This document shows positions 24,409 to 36,305 of a DNA stretch of 64,000 nucleotides, in pieces. The stretch covers positions 51,633,190 to 51,697,189 of the forward strand of contig NC_085846.1 in assembly GCF_035594765.1 (NCBI RefSeq), written 5' to 3'. This DNA is from Anolis carolinensis. Its lineage: Eukaryota. The position numbers and the translations under genes are program-made. Under the pieces are notes generated by a model, which did no database searches, was not told the DNA's origin, and saw only the letters and a list, made by a program, of their open reading frames with translations. Within the stretch, counting starts at the first letter, position 1; every line of letters begins with the position of its first letter.

Positions 24409-25323
24409 TGTTACGAGTCAGACGCCAGCCAATATAACTAACTCACTTTATTGCAAAAACAACACAAAAGAGCCTAGAAAACAACCAAAAAGGGCTCAAA
24501 ACACTTTCTCTTCAGTGTGTGTAATAACAATGTCCAAAAAGAACTCAAAAACGGGATATAATTCGGATTATCCTGGGAAATAATCCGGATTAAAACAAAC
24601 TACGCCGAAACGGCTGGAAACTCACTCCACCTACTTGTTGGAGCTTAGCAAACAGGAAAGCTATCAGAAACAACCCGCAGCAACCAGCGGCCACACCGTG
24701 CCCTGAAAGTCATTGTGAAGCCAAATCCGCGTCGAAGAGGAGATGTCACAGCCGCCACATCCGGTCTGCGTCGTTAGGGAGCACCGAATCCCAGTCCAAG
24801 GTCAACACAAAGAGCCAAAGCGATGGAGGCAAGCCGGCAGGTCCCAAAGCAGTCTTCCAAATATGTCTTCTGAAATAGAGATCCCGAAAGTGCCCAACAA
24901 ACACCTTGCCGATAGCAAGGTTACATTAGCAACAAACTTACTTTTTGCTGCAAATCCTCATCGGAGCTGGAGTCGCCCAACGCCCCAGCTGCTGCCCTTC
25001 TACGATCTCTCCAGCCAGTCCACCTTCTATCCAAACCCATAAGTCCCCAGGATCCAGCTGTATCTTCGCTGTGCCATCCCTCAAATGTACCACTGCTTGT
25101 GGGTTCCTCAAAAATATCCCGGATCTCTTGAACCTTAGTCCAATCCATCTCTTCACTCCCAGAGTCTGGCATCCCATCCTCCTGACTCCCAGCCCCATAA
25201 TCCCCTTCAAAACCCTCAAAGGAATAATCATCAGTGGGTTCCATAAGTATTTCCCGGATTTTCTACATTTGTTGCTCTTCATTGGAGTCTTGCTCACGAG
25301 TAGTTTTCCTGCCTCTTCTAACA
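24409..25323 (-). mobile_element. Solo LTR (probably Gypsy/Ty3-like), 915 bp
   Basis: TGTTA...TAACA inverted termini; minus-strand AATAAA at 24452-24447 near the end; CpG-rich; no adjacent PBS or PPT. A matching TSD was not found. Confidence 0.75.
24921..25322 (-). pseudogene. LTR-encoded acidic reading frame with two FxG[F/W] motifs (one internal TAG at 25265-25263; ATG-started part 25244-24921)
   Basis: Frame reads VRRGRKTTREQDSNEEQQM*KIREILMEPTDDYSFEGF...KVQEIRDIFEEPTSSGTFEGW...DSSSDED from LTR base 2. Confidence 0.55.
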
Positions 25324-25330
25324 CAACTAG

Positions 25331-25598
25331 TTTTTTTTTTCGTGTCAGGAGCAACTGGAGTTGCTTCTGGAGTGAGAGAATTGGCCATCTGCAAGGACAT
25401 TGCCCAGGGGACGCCCGGATGTTTTGATGTTTTATCATCCTTGTGGGAGGCTTCTCTCATGTCCCCGCATGGAGCTGGAGCTGAAATAGGGAGCTCATCC
25501 ACACTCTCCCTGGCTGGGATTCGAACCTGGCAGCTTTCAGGTCAGCAACCCAACCTTCAAGTCACGAGGCTTTTATCCCATTGGCCACCGGAGGCTCC
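25331..25598 (-). mobile_element. tRNA-derived SINE, same family as 19272-19530
   Basis: Reverse-complement match; ends ctcctgacacg(A)n on the minus strand. Confidence 0.88.
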
Positions 25599-25604
25599 GG
25601 AGCC

Positions 25605-26285
25605 TCTTAGGCACTTAGGCAGAAAAAATGAAATGCAAATATATAAAATGTGGGATGCCTCGCTCAACAGAAGTACATGTGAAAAAAGATCTTGGGAGTC
25701 CTTGTGGACAAGAAGTTAAACATAAGGTAACAATGCGATGTGGCAGCTAAAAATTCCAATGGGATTTTGGTCAGCATAAATAGGAGTATGGTGTCTAGAT
25801 CAGCATTTCTCTACCTGGTCTTGGGAACCCTGGGGAGAGTCGCAAGGGGGGTGTCAGAGTGGTTGCCAAAGACCATCAGAAAACACATATTTCTTATGGT
25901 CTTAGGAACCCCTTTGGCAGTAAAGACTGAAGATCTCTTCGCCTGCTCTTCTCTTCCTTTTTGGAACAGACAGCGAATCCCCCCACCAAAAGAATTCAAA
26001 TTTGGGCATATCAGGTATTTGTGCCAAATTTAATCTAGTGAATGAATATACATCATGCATATCAGATATTTACATTATGATTCCTAACAGTAGCAAAATT
26101 ACAGTTATGAAGTAGCAATGAAAATAATTTTATGGTTGGGGGTCACCACATCATGAGAAACTGTATTAAGGGGTTGGGGCATTAGAAAGGTTGAGAATCA
26201 TTGGTATAGATCCAGGGAAGTCATGACACCCCACTATTCTGCCTTGGTCAGATCACACCTGGAATACTGTGTCTAATTCTGGGCT
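25605..26285 (+). mobile_element. CR1 ORF2 fragment interrupted by SPIN MITE
   Basis: Colinear with CR1 at 12330-12700 (gaaaaagat.ttgg.gtc, taggagtat.gtgtctagat|ccagggaagtcatg). Confidence 0.85.
25801..26203 (+). mobile_element. SPIN (Space Invader) hAT MITE
   Basis: 3' part atatcagatatttacattatgattc.taacagtagcaaaattacagttatgaagtagcaa.gaaaataattttatggttgggggtcaccac is the SPIN/URR1 signature as I recall it; 8-bp TSD gtctagat / gtatagat. Confidence 0.88.
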
Positions 26286-27935
26286 ATTTATTTATTCATT
26301 TATGTATAGAGTATTAAGCGCTGTTTGTAATCCTGTTTTTCTTCACTGCAAATCTGCATCAAAAATAATTGCCCTGCCAATCATGCAGCAATGATCAGTT
26401 ATGAAGGCAGTTTAGCAACTACAAACAGCAACTAGAAAACACCAGCAAATGCAAAATAGAACATAACATTTCAGATAATTGAACAGTAACAGGTTAATAT
26501 GCATAGCAGATGTGTTAGAGAATATACAAATTTATCAAAGGGACAGATGGTGAGAAATGTCTTGCAAACCATCTACTGGATTCCTGGAAATATAATTATT
26601 CTCATTTATATATGGGATGATTTTTAAAAAAATTAACTCTAGGGGGCAAAATTGAATTTTGGGTCAGATATCAGGTGCACAGCGGGATGTTGCAAAATAT
26701 TCTCATAAATAACCAACCTAAATCTAGTGCTGGGATTCAGACTAAAAGCCCTTGGAATGTCCATTACTCACAAGACTTGGGCTGGACCCTCAGTTTTCAT
26801 GGTTTTGGTGGGCTCGTTTTTAGGCACATCTCAAAGTTATCAATTAAACTAGTAGTTAACTGCCGTATGATTTTCAATGTGTAATTGATTTGTTGCTACA
26901 ACTTCTGAAGATATTGCAGTCTTTTTTAATGAGTTAGTTAGCTTTCTCCTTTCCTTTCAGTCATCATTATGCTGGGGCTCACTTTCTACTCTATATTGCA
27001 CCCACATTATGGCTAGAAGCAAGTAGACTGGATCAAATGTTCCTTATCCCATCTACCAAAGTAGATAAGAAGGAATAATCCCCTTAGTTCAACTTGACAT
27101 GGGGACATCCCCTTTATCTAAGTTTCTGTCTTAATATTCCAATAGGAAAATATGTCCTCCCTCCGCACTCTATCTCCCTCTCTCTCTGAGTATGTGTATG
27201 AACAAATGTATAGGCAGTCATCAGGTTACAAACAAGATAGGTTCTATAGATTTGTTTCTTAAGTCAGAACAGGTACATTTTTAAGTGTTCCTCCAGGCAT
27301 TATTTTTAGTTTTGGATAACATAGGGAAGGGCTAACACTCCTGTAAGTCTCAGGTTTTAAATACCTGGGAGTACCCTTCCACTGTACTAGAAGCAAGAAA
27401 GTCCATGAAAAGTATGCAGCAGAGACAGTGTAAAAGTGCTCATCCACCATCTTAAGATATCTCAAGGTGGGAGGAGACCACTTTATACTGACGGCACTTA
27501 AGCTCTTCAAAGCTAAACAAATGGCACAAATGCTGTATGGAACCCAGCTTGGCCCCTTTTCAAATTATGCCCCACTAGAGCATGTTCAATCAAAATTCCT
27601 AAGATTGGCTCTACAGGCTCCCTGATTTGTCTCTAATTCCACCCTGCAATTGGAGACAGGTTTTGTGAACATGGAGGCGAGAGTATGGAAAGCCATTCTG
27701 TCCTTCTCACCACATGGTCTTGCCCCCTAACTATAAGGGATGACTTCCAGTCCACATGGACTAAAACAGTGGCAGGAAAGATCACAACACTAGGTTTCTT
27801 CCAAGAACAATTGCTAAGCATGGGATGGGACCAAGCCAAGGATCTCATTAAGCAACGAATCCTGGACATAGAGTGCCAATTGGACTTAGCCTGCATCCCA
27901 GCCTTTATCATTAGTGAAGGTAATAGATACTTCAC

Positions 27936-28380
27936 GAGAGAGAGGGCCTTCTTGTCCGTGGCTCCCCGACTCTGGAACTCCCTCCCTAGGGAGATCACGT
28001 TGGCACCCTCTCTATTCTCCTTTAAGAAACTTGGATGCTTAGGTTGGCCTTTGGAGAGACAGCTATTGGATGACCAGCCTCATTATAATTCTATTCTGAA
28101 TTTTACTAGGTCCCTCTTATCTGGGTATTTTAATCTAAGATTCTATCTTTATATTGCTGCTGCAGTCCCCCCACCTATGAAATTTGACTGAATTGTATTT
28201 GTGGTTGTTTGATATTATTACTGTTGTATTAACTTTTGTTTTATTACCTTATTGTGTTTTAACCTTTGTATATTGTGCTAATGTATTTGTGTTGTTACTT
28301 TTGCAACAATGTGAGCTGCCCTGAGTCCCCATGAGGAGATGGTGGCAGGGTATAAATAAAGTTTTATTATTATTATTATT
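27936..28380 (+). mobile_element. L2 3' fragment nested in RTE-X
   Basis: ERAFLSVAPRLWNSLPREI, L2 3' stem and (ATT)n tail; flanks atacttcac / atattcac. Confidence 0.88.
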
Positions 28381-28609
28381 ATATTCACCACCTCCATAGC
28401 TATCTAACAAATCTGGAGGTGCCTAAACACCGAAGGGCTTTTACCCTGGCAAGATGCCATGCCCTCCCATTGGCTGTATTGGAGGGGAAGTATCCGAAGA
28501 CCCCCTTCAAGGAGATATTATGCCCCTATGAATCCGGACACATAGAAATAACTAAGCACATGCTCTCTTCTATGCACATTTTACAGAGACCTTAGAACTA
28601 ATCTCACTA

Positions 28610-29102
28610 TTATTTATTTATTTATTTATTTATTTATAGTATTTATATTCCGCCCTTCTCACCCCGAAGGGGACTCAGGGCGGATCACATTATGTACATA
28701 TAGGGCAAGCATTCAATGCCCATAAACACATCGAACCGAGATAGAGACAACAGACAGACAGATGCAGAGGCAATGTAACCTTCTCCTGAGGGGATGTTCG
28801 ATTCTTGCCACAGGGAGGAGCATCTGCTTCATCATCCACTCTGATGGCACTTCCTCACTTCCTCATTCCAACGTTGTAAATTAGTTAAACTTGCCTCCCA
28901 ACTTTTATAAGTGGTACCTTATTTCCTACTTGATAGATGCAACTATCTTTCGGGTTGCTAGGTCAGCAACGAGCAGGGGCTATATTTTATTTTTAATTGA
29001 CGGTTGCACACCCCGCCATGGGCTGGCCTCGAACTCGTGACCTCTTGGTCAGAGTGATTTATTGCAGCAGCTGTTTACCAGCCTGCACCACAGCCCGGCC
29101 CC
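28610..29102 (-). mobile_element. Full-length tRNA-headed SINE with L2-type tail nested in RTE-X
   Basis: B-box gagttcgaggcc on the minus strand; L2-like stem and (TAAA)n tail; cacta duplicated on both sides. Confidence 0.85.
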
Positions 29103-30744
29103 CACTACACCATGACTGCTTAAATATCCAGAATGCACTGAAAAATATTACTCCACCCTGCTGCTTTTGGACTCTAGCACTACAATAACTTACAGTGCTG
29201 CTAAGTTTTGTGCTGCAGCACTTAAAATTGGATGGATGAAAATCGACCCTGCTAGGCAACACTCGGTTGAGAATGTAACTAGAGCAATTTGTTACAGCTG
29301 AAATACTACTAGACTTGTAATGCGCCCCTCCCTCCCCCTTTAGTGCTCCTCCCCAGTGCTTTGACCCCTCCTATCAGCCCCCCCCCCCCACCCCTTGGTT
29401 CCAAACATGATACATTAACCTGTATTTTTAAACTATTATTTCAAACTGTTTTCTACTCTGTCCTTTTATAACTGCTTCATTAGGGAACTGCGTTTCCCCT
29501 TCCCAGGGCATTTGTGCCCCACTTTGTGCTAGTCATGGACCATAACAAAGAAAAATTGAAGACTCCTGTAAGGTTTGTTTTGCTATCTGTGCCCATATTC
29601 AGAAGATTTCACTTCACTTTTTGTCCCTGTGACAGCTGGGTTTTGAAAAATTACAGTTGTTGTGGAAACAAGGAAACAAGCTTTAGTAGAGATACCTTTT
29701 CCCCATGATAACTCTTACAAAAGTGGATTTCCCTTCCAAGAGGTAGATTTTCTTTCACTTCCTGTTGTCTCACTCCTGGTTGTAACTATCATCCGGATCT
29801 AAGTCGGATGTTTATAACTCATGGACTGCCCGTAGCAGGTGTTAATTGTTTTTGATAACTGCCCTGCTCAGTTCTTGCAAACTCAGGGCCGTGGCTTCCT
29901 TCATTGAGTCTGTCCACTTGGAATGAAATCCCACTCTATTCCTACTGCACTTAACCCACAGACTGCATTAATTCCCTGGCCATTTTTATACCCCTCTGCT
30001 GCCACTACTGAAAGATTGTGGTGTGATGGCCAAAACACTACATCCAGCCGATTTTCAGTGTTTTAGAGGGAAAATGGAAACTGTGATTCTCCTCTAAAAT
30101 TGTGTGTTGTGTCTACACGGCTTCTTTTACTAGCAACATTGTGTTATAACATTGTTTCTGCAAACTAGAATGCTTCCCCAACCTCATTACTTCTGGCTTG
30201 TCCGTCAAGTGATATGGGGGAAGGAAGGCTCAAAGCAGAATCCAGGGACTGATACTGGCCCTCAGAGACACTAAACAAAACCATTCTGATCACTGAAGAC
30301 AGCCCTTACATTCCCAGCACTTGGAAAATCTAACACATAGCTGCTTTAAAGATTAAAACAATTTTCCTTAACTTTAGGTCCATCATTTGACACCAAATAC
30401 TTATAAATATTAAATTTTACTAACCTTAAGGCAGCTGTGATAGCAGCCCAGTAGACTGTACTGTGAATTCATTTGTATCCATTCTGCAACATTATTACAA
30501 TTGCAAATAACTCAGATATTTATTAGTGCTTGTAGAGTATACCTCGTTATACATCATGTCATGTAGGCTTGAATTATTAATATTTTATTTGACAATTTTA
30601 GCCCACTAACATTACTAGGAAAATAAACTGGCAAGCCACACTATGCAAATGATCCCTAGCCAGTCATTAGCAGTAAAACATTTGAGTCATGCTACATTTT
30701 CACTGTGTACACTGTCTGTTATAGTGCTCAAACCCAACAGAAAG

Positions 30745-31150
30745 GCCTTTCTCGCCCCAGCAAGATGGTGTATGTAAAAGAGTGAACCGGGCAATCCGGA
30801 AAATCTATAAGGGGGGGGGTATGGGCTCATACATATAACATGATATATCGTATGCCAACCGGGAGTATTACCAAGCTGACGGAATTCATATGTCCAATCT
30901 GGGCAATAACCACTTTCTGGCCTGCTTATAGGCAGGTATCCCTCCAGCTGCTGAGAGCTTGGTGGAGGAAGATGCCTGCCCCAATCTGTGGCATAAACAG
31001 TAAAGATATTGAATTCGGAGCACAGACTAGGTGCCCATTTGGATAGGCCAGGAAATATAAACTGGCCACATTATGTAAATAAAAAAGGGGGTAGGCAAAA
31101 CAGGGGGCCCTGGAATTGGGAAGCAGAAATTGATAATTGGAAATTATCCT
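30745..31150 (+). pseudogene. Retroelement-derived SGNH hydrolase/esterase C-terminal remnant
   Basis: Frame from 30761 reads QDGVCKRVNRAIRKIYKGGGMGSYI*HDISYANREYYQADGIHMSNLGNNHFLACL*AG and contains the DGxH block. Confidence 0.6.
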
Positions 31151-31157
31151 CACCAAG

Positions 31158-31385
31158 TTTATTTATTTATTTACAGTATTTATATTCTGCCCTTCTCACC
31201 CCGAAGGGGACTCAGGGCGGATTACAATGAACACATATATGGCAAACATTCAATGCCAACAGACAAACAACATACAGTATAGACAGACACAGAGGCATTT
31301 AACATTTTTCCAGCTTCACGATTCTGGCCACAAGGGGAGCTATTGCTTCACCATCCACTAGTGGCTGTACTTCCTCATTACTTTC
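31158..31385 (-). mobile_element. 3' half of L2-tailed SINE
   Basis: Matches 28610-28870. Confidence 0.8.
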
Positions 31386-31589
31386 CTCTTAATGTTAGTA
31401 CCCCTGAACAACAGAAGGAGATGACTAATTTTAAGGCTGCTCTACAGTGTATATTGAAAAGTGTTTGTTGCCTGTGGCTCCTTGAATCCATAACTGCTAC
31501 TTCTAGATGGAGACTAGAGCAGCAGTGGCAGAAAATTCAGAGTGATTCCAATCAGAAACAAAGATCTATCTGAAGGCCTATGACAGTAT

Positions 31590-32175
31590 GTACTCCCGGA
31601 CTTAGCATTGAAGCTGGAGGCTCAGGTTTCCATAGTGGCCAAGAGACACATTTAAAATTCACATACCAATGCATCAATGCATTAGTTCTGGCCACAGTGT
31701 TACATGCCTTAGTTACATCTTGTCTGGATTACTATAACACAATCTACTTGGGGCTGCCTTTGAAATGTTCAGAAATGCTCATCCAAAGAGCTGTAGCCAG
31801 ATTGTTGACTGGGGCTGACTACAAGGAGCAGACAACCCTCCTGTTGCAACAGCTCTACTGGCTGCCAATTTGTTTCTAAGCATAATTCAAAATATTGGTT
31901 ATGACATATAAAACCCCATATGGCATACGTCCAGGCTATTTGGAAGATCGTTCCTCCTGATACGGACCTACCTAGGCTCTGAGATCCTCCCGAGTGGCCC
32001 TTTTTTCAGTCCCACCACCATTGCTAGAACAGTTAGTGGGGATGCAAGAGAGGGTCTTCTCGGTAGCTACCCCTCATCTCTGAAACGCCATTCCCAGAGG
32101 CTACAATACCCCCCTCCCTGTTATCCTTCTAGTGACAGGCTAAAATGTATTTATTCAGGCAGGTTTTTAAATAAA
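31590..32175 (+). mobile_element. Degenerate L2 3' fragment
   Basis: LATVLHALVTSCLDYYN...LLQQLYWLP, followed by decayed C-terminal motifs. Confidence 0.85.
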
Positions 32176-32899
32176 GTTTTAAAGAGTGAGCTGGGTGTGT
32201 GCTGAAGAATATTTGATTACTTTAGCTGTTTTTGTAAGTCAGTTAGAAAAGAAGAGGTAAAGGATAGGATAGGAAGGCTAGTCTCAAAGGCATGAGTCTG
32301 AGAAACTTGACATCCTTTTCAGAAAAAACTTCTGCCACAGTGACATGAGATACAACAGAAATATCCTGGCAAGTGACGTAAAAGAACTTCAAACCTACAG
32401 CATCTCTGCTGTAACTAAGGAACAGGAATTTCAGACTAGTCTGAAGCAGACTTAATACCTGGGCTCTTTTGTGTGACTCTTTCATCTGGCAAACCCTTTA
32501 TTTGAATTAGACAAGGCAATATAGTGTTATAAAATGTGGCACCAGACCGTGAAAAGAAAAGGCTTTTACTTTTGAGTATGTCTAACCCGTGTAAAAATCG
32601 CTTAACTTCTCTCTTTCTTTTTCATTTCCTGGTTTCTAGATGACTTGTTCAACTTCAGAAATAGGAATATCTGCATATATGATATAACCATCAGCAGACC
32701 CATAGTCACACAAAAAATTCAGTGTGTGTATTTGTGAATTTTTTTTATTTTTAGCAAGTTATGAAGAGTAGGTTCATAACACAAAATAATTTAAATTCTA
32801 TGACTCATTCTATATTTTATATAGGCTTAAGTGAATCAAATTTCTATTTTAGGTACAATGTTTCAAGTCTAAAACATCTAGTGGTTATAAAAGAATGCC

Positions 32900-35800
32900 A
32901 CAATACCTGTTGGAAGCACTTGAAAACTGTGTCAATTAGTTGTGTGCATTTGTATGGAATCGCTATTTGTTTTGTTTCATTTCATTCGCTTTGTCCCATT
33001 TTTGTTTTCGTTTACTGCTTCTGAAAATGGGGCTTCTATCTGAATGGGAGTTTTGTCCCACGTTCGAAAGAATAAAAATTTTCAGACCATTGGTGGCAAT
33101 GGGAAGGCTTCCAAGGCTTGCCCTCCCATCAGTTTTAGGGCTAGAGGGGTGAAAATCTTCATACATGGAGCGCCATGTATGAAGCCCACCAACTTTTAAA
33201 AGGTTTTCTAAACAGAGAAGGTAGAAGCCCTACAATTTTTTCTTTTGAAAAATATTTGTTTTGGTTTTAAAAAAAAAACATTACCCAGGGGGAAGAAAAA
33301 AGGGGGTTTTAAACAAAGAATTAAGATAAAAGATTTAAAGATTTTAAAATCTTACAGTACAGCAAATAGAAGCTACAGAGATCCAGTTCTTTTCCCTAAC
33401 CCCCGAAGCCTCGTGCGCACTCCACAGCCAAACCCCACCCACCCCACCCCTTAAAAAATCTCTGCCCCCTTCTCTTCAAAGAATAAAAAATAGACACCAA
33501 GCTAGCCAAGTTTGGGAAAAAAATTAATACAAACAAATCTCTTTCCCAAGCTGCAAGGTAAGGGAGGAAGGCAAGACAAGAAGTAAGGCAACAAGGCAGC
33601 AAGCAAGCAAGCACACTAGCACAGAGACTGAGTGAGCAAACCAGGCAGCCAGCCAGCACCAACAAATGACGCACCCACAATGGGTGCTTTGGGTGTGGTT
33701 ACCCCATTAAGTATCCTGGCAACATCACAGTTTCCTTGGCCTCTGATTGGCCAAAAGCCCCAAGCATCACATCCTCCTTCTCTGATGCATGAGGAAGAAC
33801 TCCCTGAGCTGCATGAGGAAAGCCACATGGCCCAAAACCCAAACAAAAAATGGAAACTGTGCAACTTTCTCTTTTGTTTCACCTTTCGTTTCATCCAAAA
33901 AGGGGCTCTTTCATTTTGTGCCATCTGAATGGATGGTACAAAACAAATACCTGAATGAAACAAATGGAACAAATACCGCCCACACCTCTAATGTCAATAT
34001 CAGGCTCCATTGATAAACTTCAGTGGAAAGAATGCAAGTACAGTAAATATTTCTTGCTCCATTGTGCATGTATGTTTTCAAATATTCAGGAGTTGAAAAC
34101 AACCTTTTCTTTGTAGCTGTTGACATTGGCAATGCTGCAGAAATCTGAAGAAGTTTCTTCACATTTGGAAAATAGCTGTCTATCACAGAATACGGTTCCA
34201 GTGCATTTGATGATTTTTCTGCTGTTGTAATCTTTTCCCATTTTCTAAACCACAAGCCAGATTTTTCCATCAGTATGTCAGTATCTTCAAGGCACTCATT
34301 GTAACGTTCTATGCACTTGTTCAAGTTGGATTTTAAATGGCCACACTTGTAGTTCCTGAACGACTTCTATGTGCCTTCTAAAACTTTTTTGAAGCTGACT
34401 ACAGAAAAAGTTCAGAAATGGGATGTACACATTTAGTCTATAACATGCCATTGGTTGTGTTGAAACTTCCTAGATGTTACTTTTACAAGTCTGCCTTGAA
34501 CAGATCAGAGGAATCCTAACTTCTCCACCCATAGACACCACCACTGAACTTGTTGTGTCAAAGATCTCCTGAAATTCTTTCACAAATTCTGTTTACATCT
34601 CCCTGGCCTTTTCTAAGAGACTGTCAACATGTTGCAGTCTACAGAAAATGTCTGTATCTACTCTTTGTAATGTTTGGCTAAACAGAAGGGATTGTGACAA
34701 AAGCTTTCTTAGGATGTGTATGGTTACTACAAATTCAGCATTCAGAACAGATCAAAGAAGGTGTCCAGCTTGGGAAGAAGACTCACTGTTGTATACTTTT
34801 AGTTCTTGTGTTCTCACCACCACACTGTACAGTTCAATAAAACATAAAACTGTACCATGTTGCTCAACCCAACAGGTTTCATAAAACGGCAACAAGATGT
34901 TTGCTCTTTATTCAGTGAAACAGTCTTATATTTTTCAACAGTTCCAGTCTGATGGATGATGCTATGAAGAAATTGTACACAGATGATATTGTTCCTTGGC
35001 AGTTCCTGACAGGTGGAACATTGCAAGTCTTTGTTAAGGCTAGGTTTAGTAAGTGAGCATTGCAGTGGATGTAGACAGCCATTGGATACTTTTGTGATAT
35101 AATTGCTTGTGCACCACTAATATGACCACTCATCCTGTCCACACAAGTATTGCAAGTTCAGCCCAATTTTTCCAGTATTTTAAAAATAATGCCTTCAAGT
35201 CCTCCACCTGTTATGTCACATATCTTCACAAAGCCTATCAAGTCTTTTCTTATCCATGCAGCTTTAACATCAACATACCTTACAGAGAGCAATAATTGTT
35301 CTGAGGTACTCACATCCAAAGTTTCATGTGCCAAAACAGAGAAACTTTGTGATGCATTGCATCTTCCAAACAATTTTGGACTATCTTGTCACCACAAATG
35401 TCTTTAAGTTCATGTATTTGAGGACTAGTATACTGGACATTCATAGCTGCAGCTTCAAGATGACTTTTCAGATCAGTATCTCCTTAGCTGGAATGAGATC
35501 TCAACAAGGCCCTGAAATTACCATCATTGTGCAAGGTCATTCACAAGTAATAGATCCTGAACCATTGCTCCCTCTTAAAACCAGTTCTTGTTGGCCACAA
35601 AACACAATAGTTTCCACAATTAGCAGAAGTTCCTTTCTGTTTTCTTCTTTCTTCTTCTTCCTTTTATCATGATGGTGGGTTACATCAAGAGGTTTTCCAC
35701 TGTGAATTAGCAAGAAGTTTTCAATCAAGCACAAGTTGTTCTGATGGTACTCTGTTTTTCTGTGCCCATTAAAGACTTGTATTGCATCTTTCCATTGCAC

Positions 35801-36080
35801 AAATTGTTTAGCAACCAATGCAACAAGCTTCTAATGACCACCTTTACTCCCAACTTCTCCAAACACCACACAGTATACCTTGTACATGAAATTAATAGGC
35901 TAACCAGGGAAATCTGTTGAAACAGTTGGGTTGAAAATTTAGATGTCTCTTCTTATCCACAGGAAATACAGATCCTGGCAATGGAGTCCATAGTTTTTTC
36001 ACTAATTGAGCTTTCATTTGGTCATCAAAAACAGTCATATCCATATAAGATCCAAGGTCTAAGAATGACACAGCTTCTTT
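32900..36080 (-). pseudogene. Decayed hAT transposase (Tip100 / THAP12-ZMYM1-like)
   Basis: Ordered fragments: FPWLAY; WKDAIQVFNGHRKTEYH; NRKELLLIVETIVFCGQQELVLRG; FSVLAHETLDVSTSEQLLLSVRYVD; YIHCNAHLLNLAL; TCWVEQH; dimerisation domain FPNVKKLLQISAALPMSTAT..RLFS. Many stops and frameshifts. Confidence 0.9.
32937..33990. mobile_element. Non-autonomous hAT element inserted in the transposase 3' end
   Basis: Imperfect TIR TAGTTGTGTG / CACACCTCTA; 8-bp TSD gtgtcaat (32929-32936) / atgtcaat (33991-33998). Confidence 0.75.
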
Positions 36081-36089
36081 TCTTTGAAC

Positions 36090-36305
36090 GTCAAATCAAA
36101 ATGTTTATTACGGTCATAGACCAGCATAAGTGAGGTGCAGTCTCATAGAAGCATTGCACATTAAAATCTAAAAGGCTAAAAAACGAAGGTATGTTGAAGG
36201 CTAAAAGACAAAACTATTTAGAGAAGGGAAGGGATTAGAAAGGAATGGAGAGGGAGGGAGATTGATGGAGGGATAGGAGCATTCTGGGGACAAGTCTAGG
36301 GGACT
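36090..36305 (-). mobile_element. Short LINE 3' end related to the RTE-X-like element
   Basis: Minus strand ends tgctggtctatgaccgtaataaa..tttgatttgac, resembling tgctagtcatggaccataacaaag at 29527-29550. Confidence 0.55.

Larger units (their letters stand above)
27348..29561 (+). mobile_element. 5'-truncated non-LTR retrotransposon, probably RTE-X clade
   Basis: 11-bp TSD actcctgtaag (27337-27347, 29562-29572). Translation gives FKYLGV...LKLFKAKQMAQMLYG...LEHVQSKFLR...SNSTLQLETG and later YLTNLEVPKHRRAFTLARCHALP with a decayed Cys/His knuckle. Confidence 0.8.
27211..29832. mobile_element. Tigger-like MITE (family of 408-3497) split by an RTE-X insertion
   Basis: TA-flanked (T)AGGCAGTC...GACTGCC(C)G termini; both halves colinear with the first copy. 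Confidence 0.8.
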
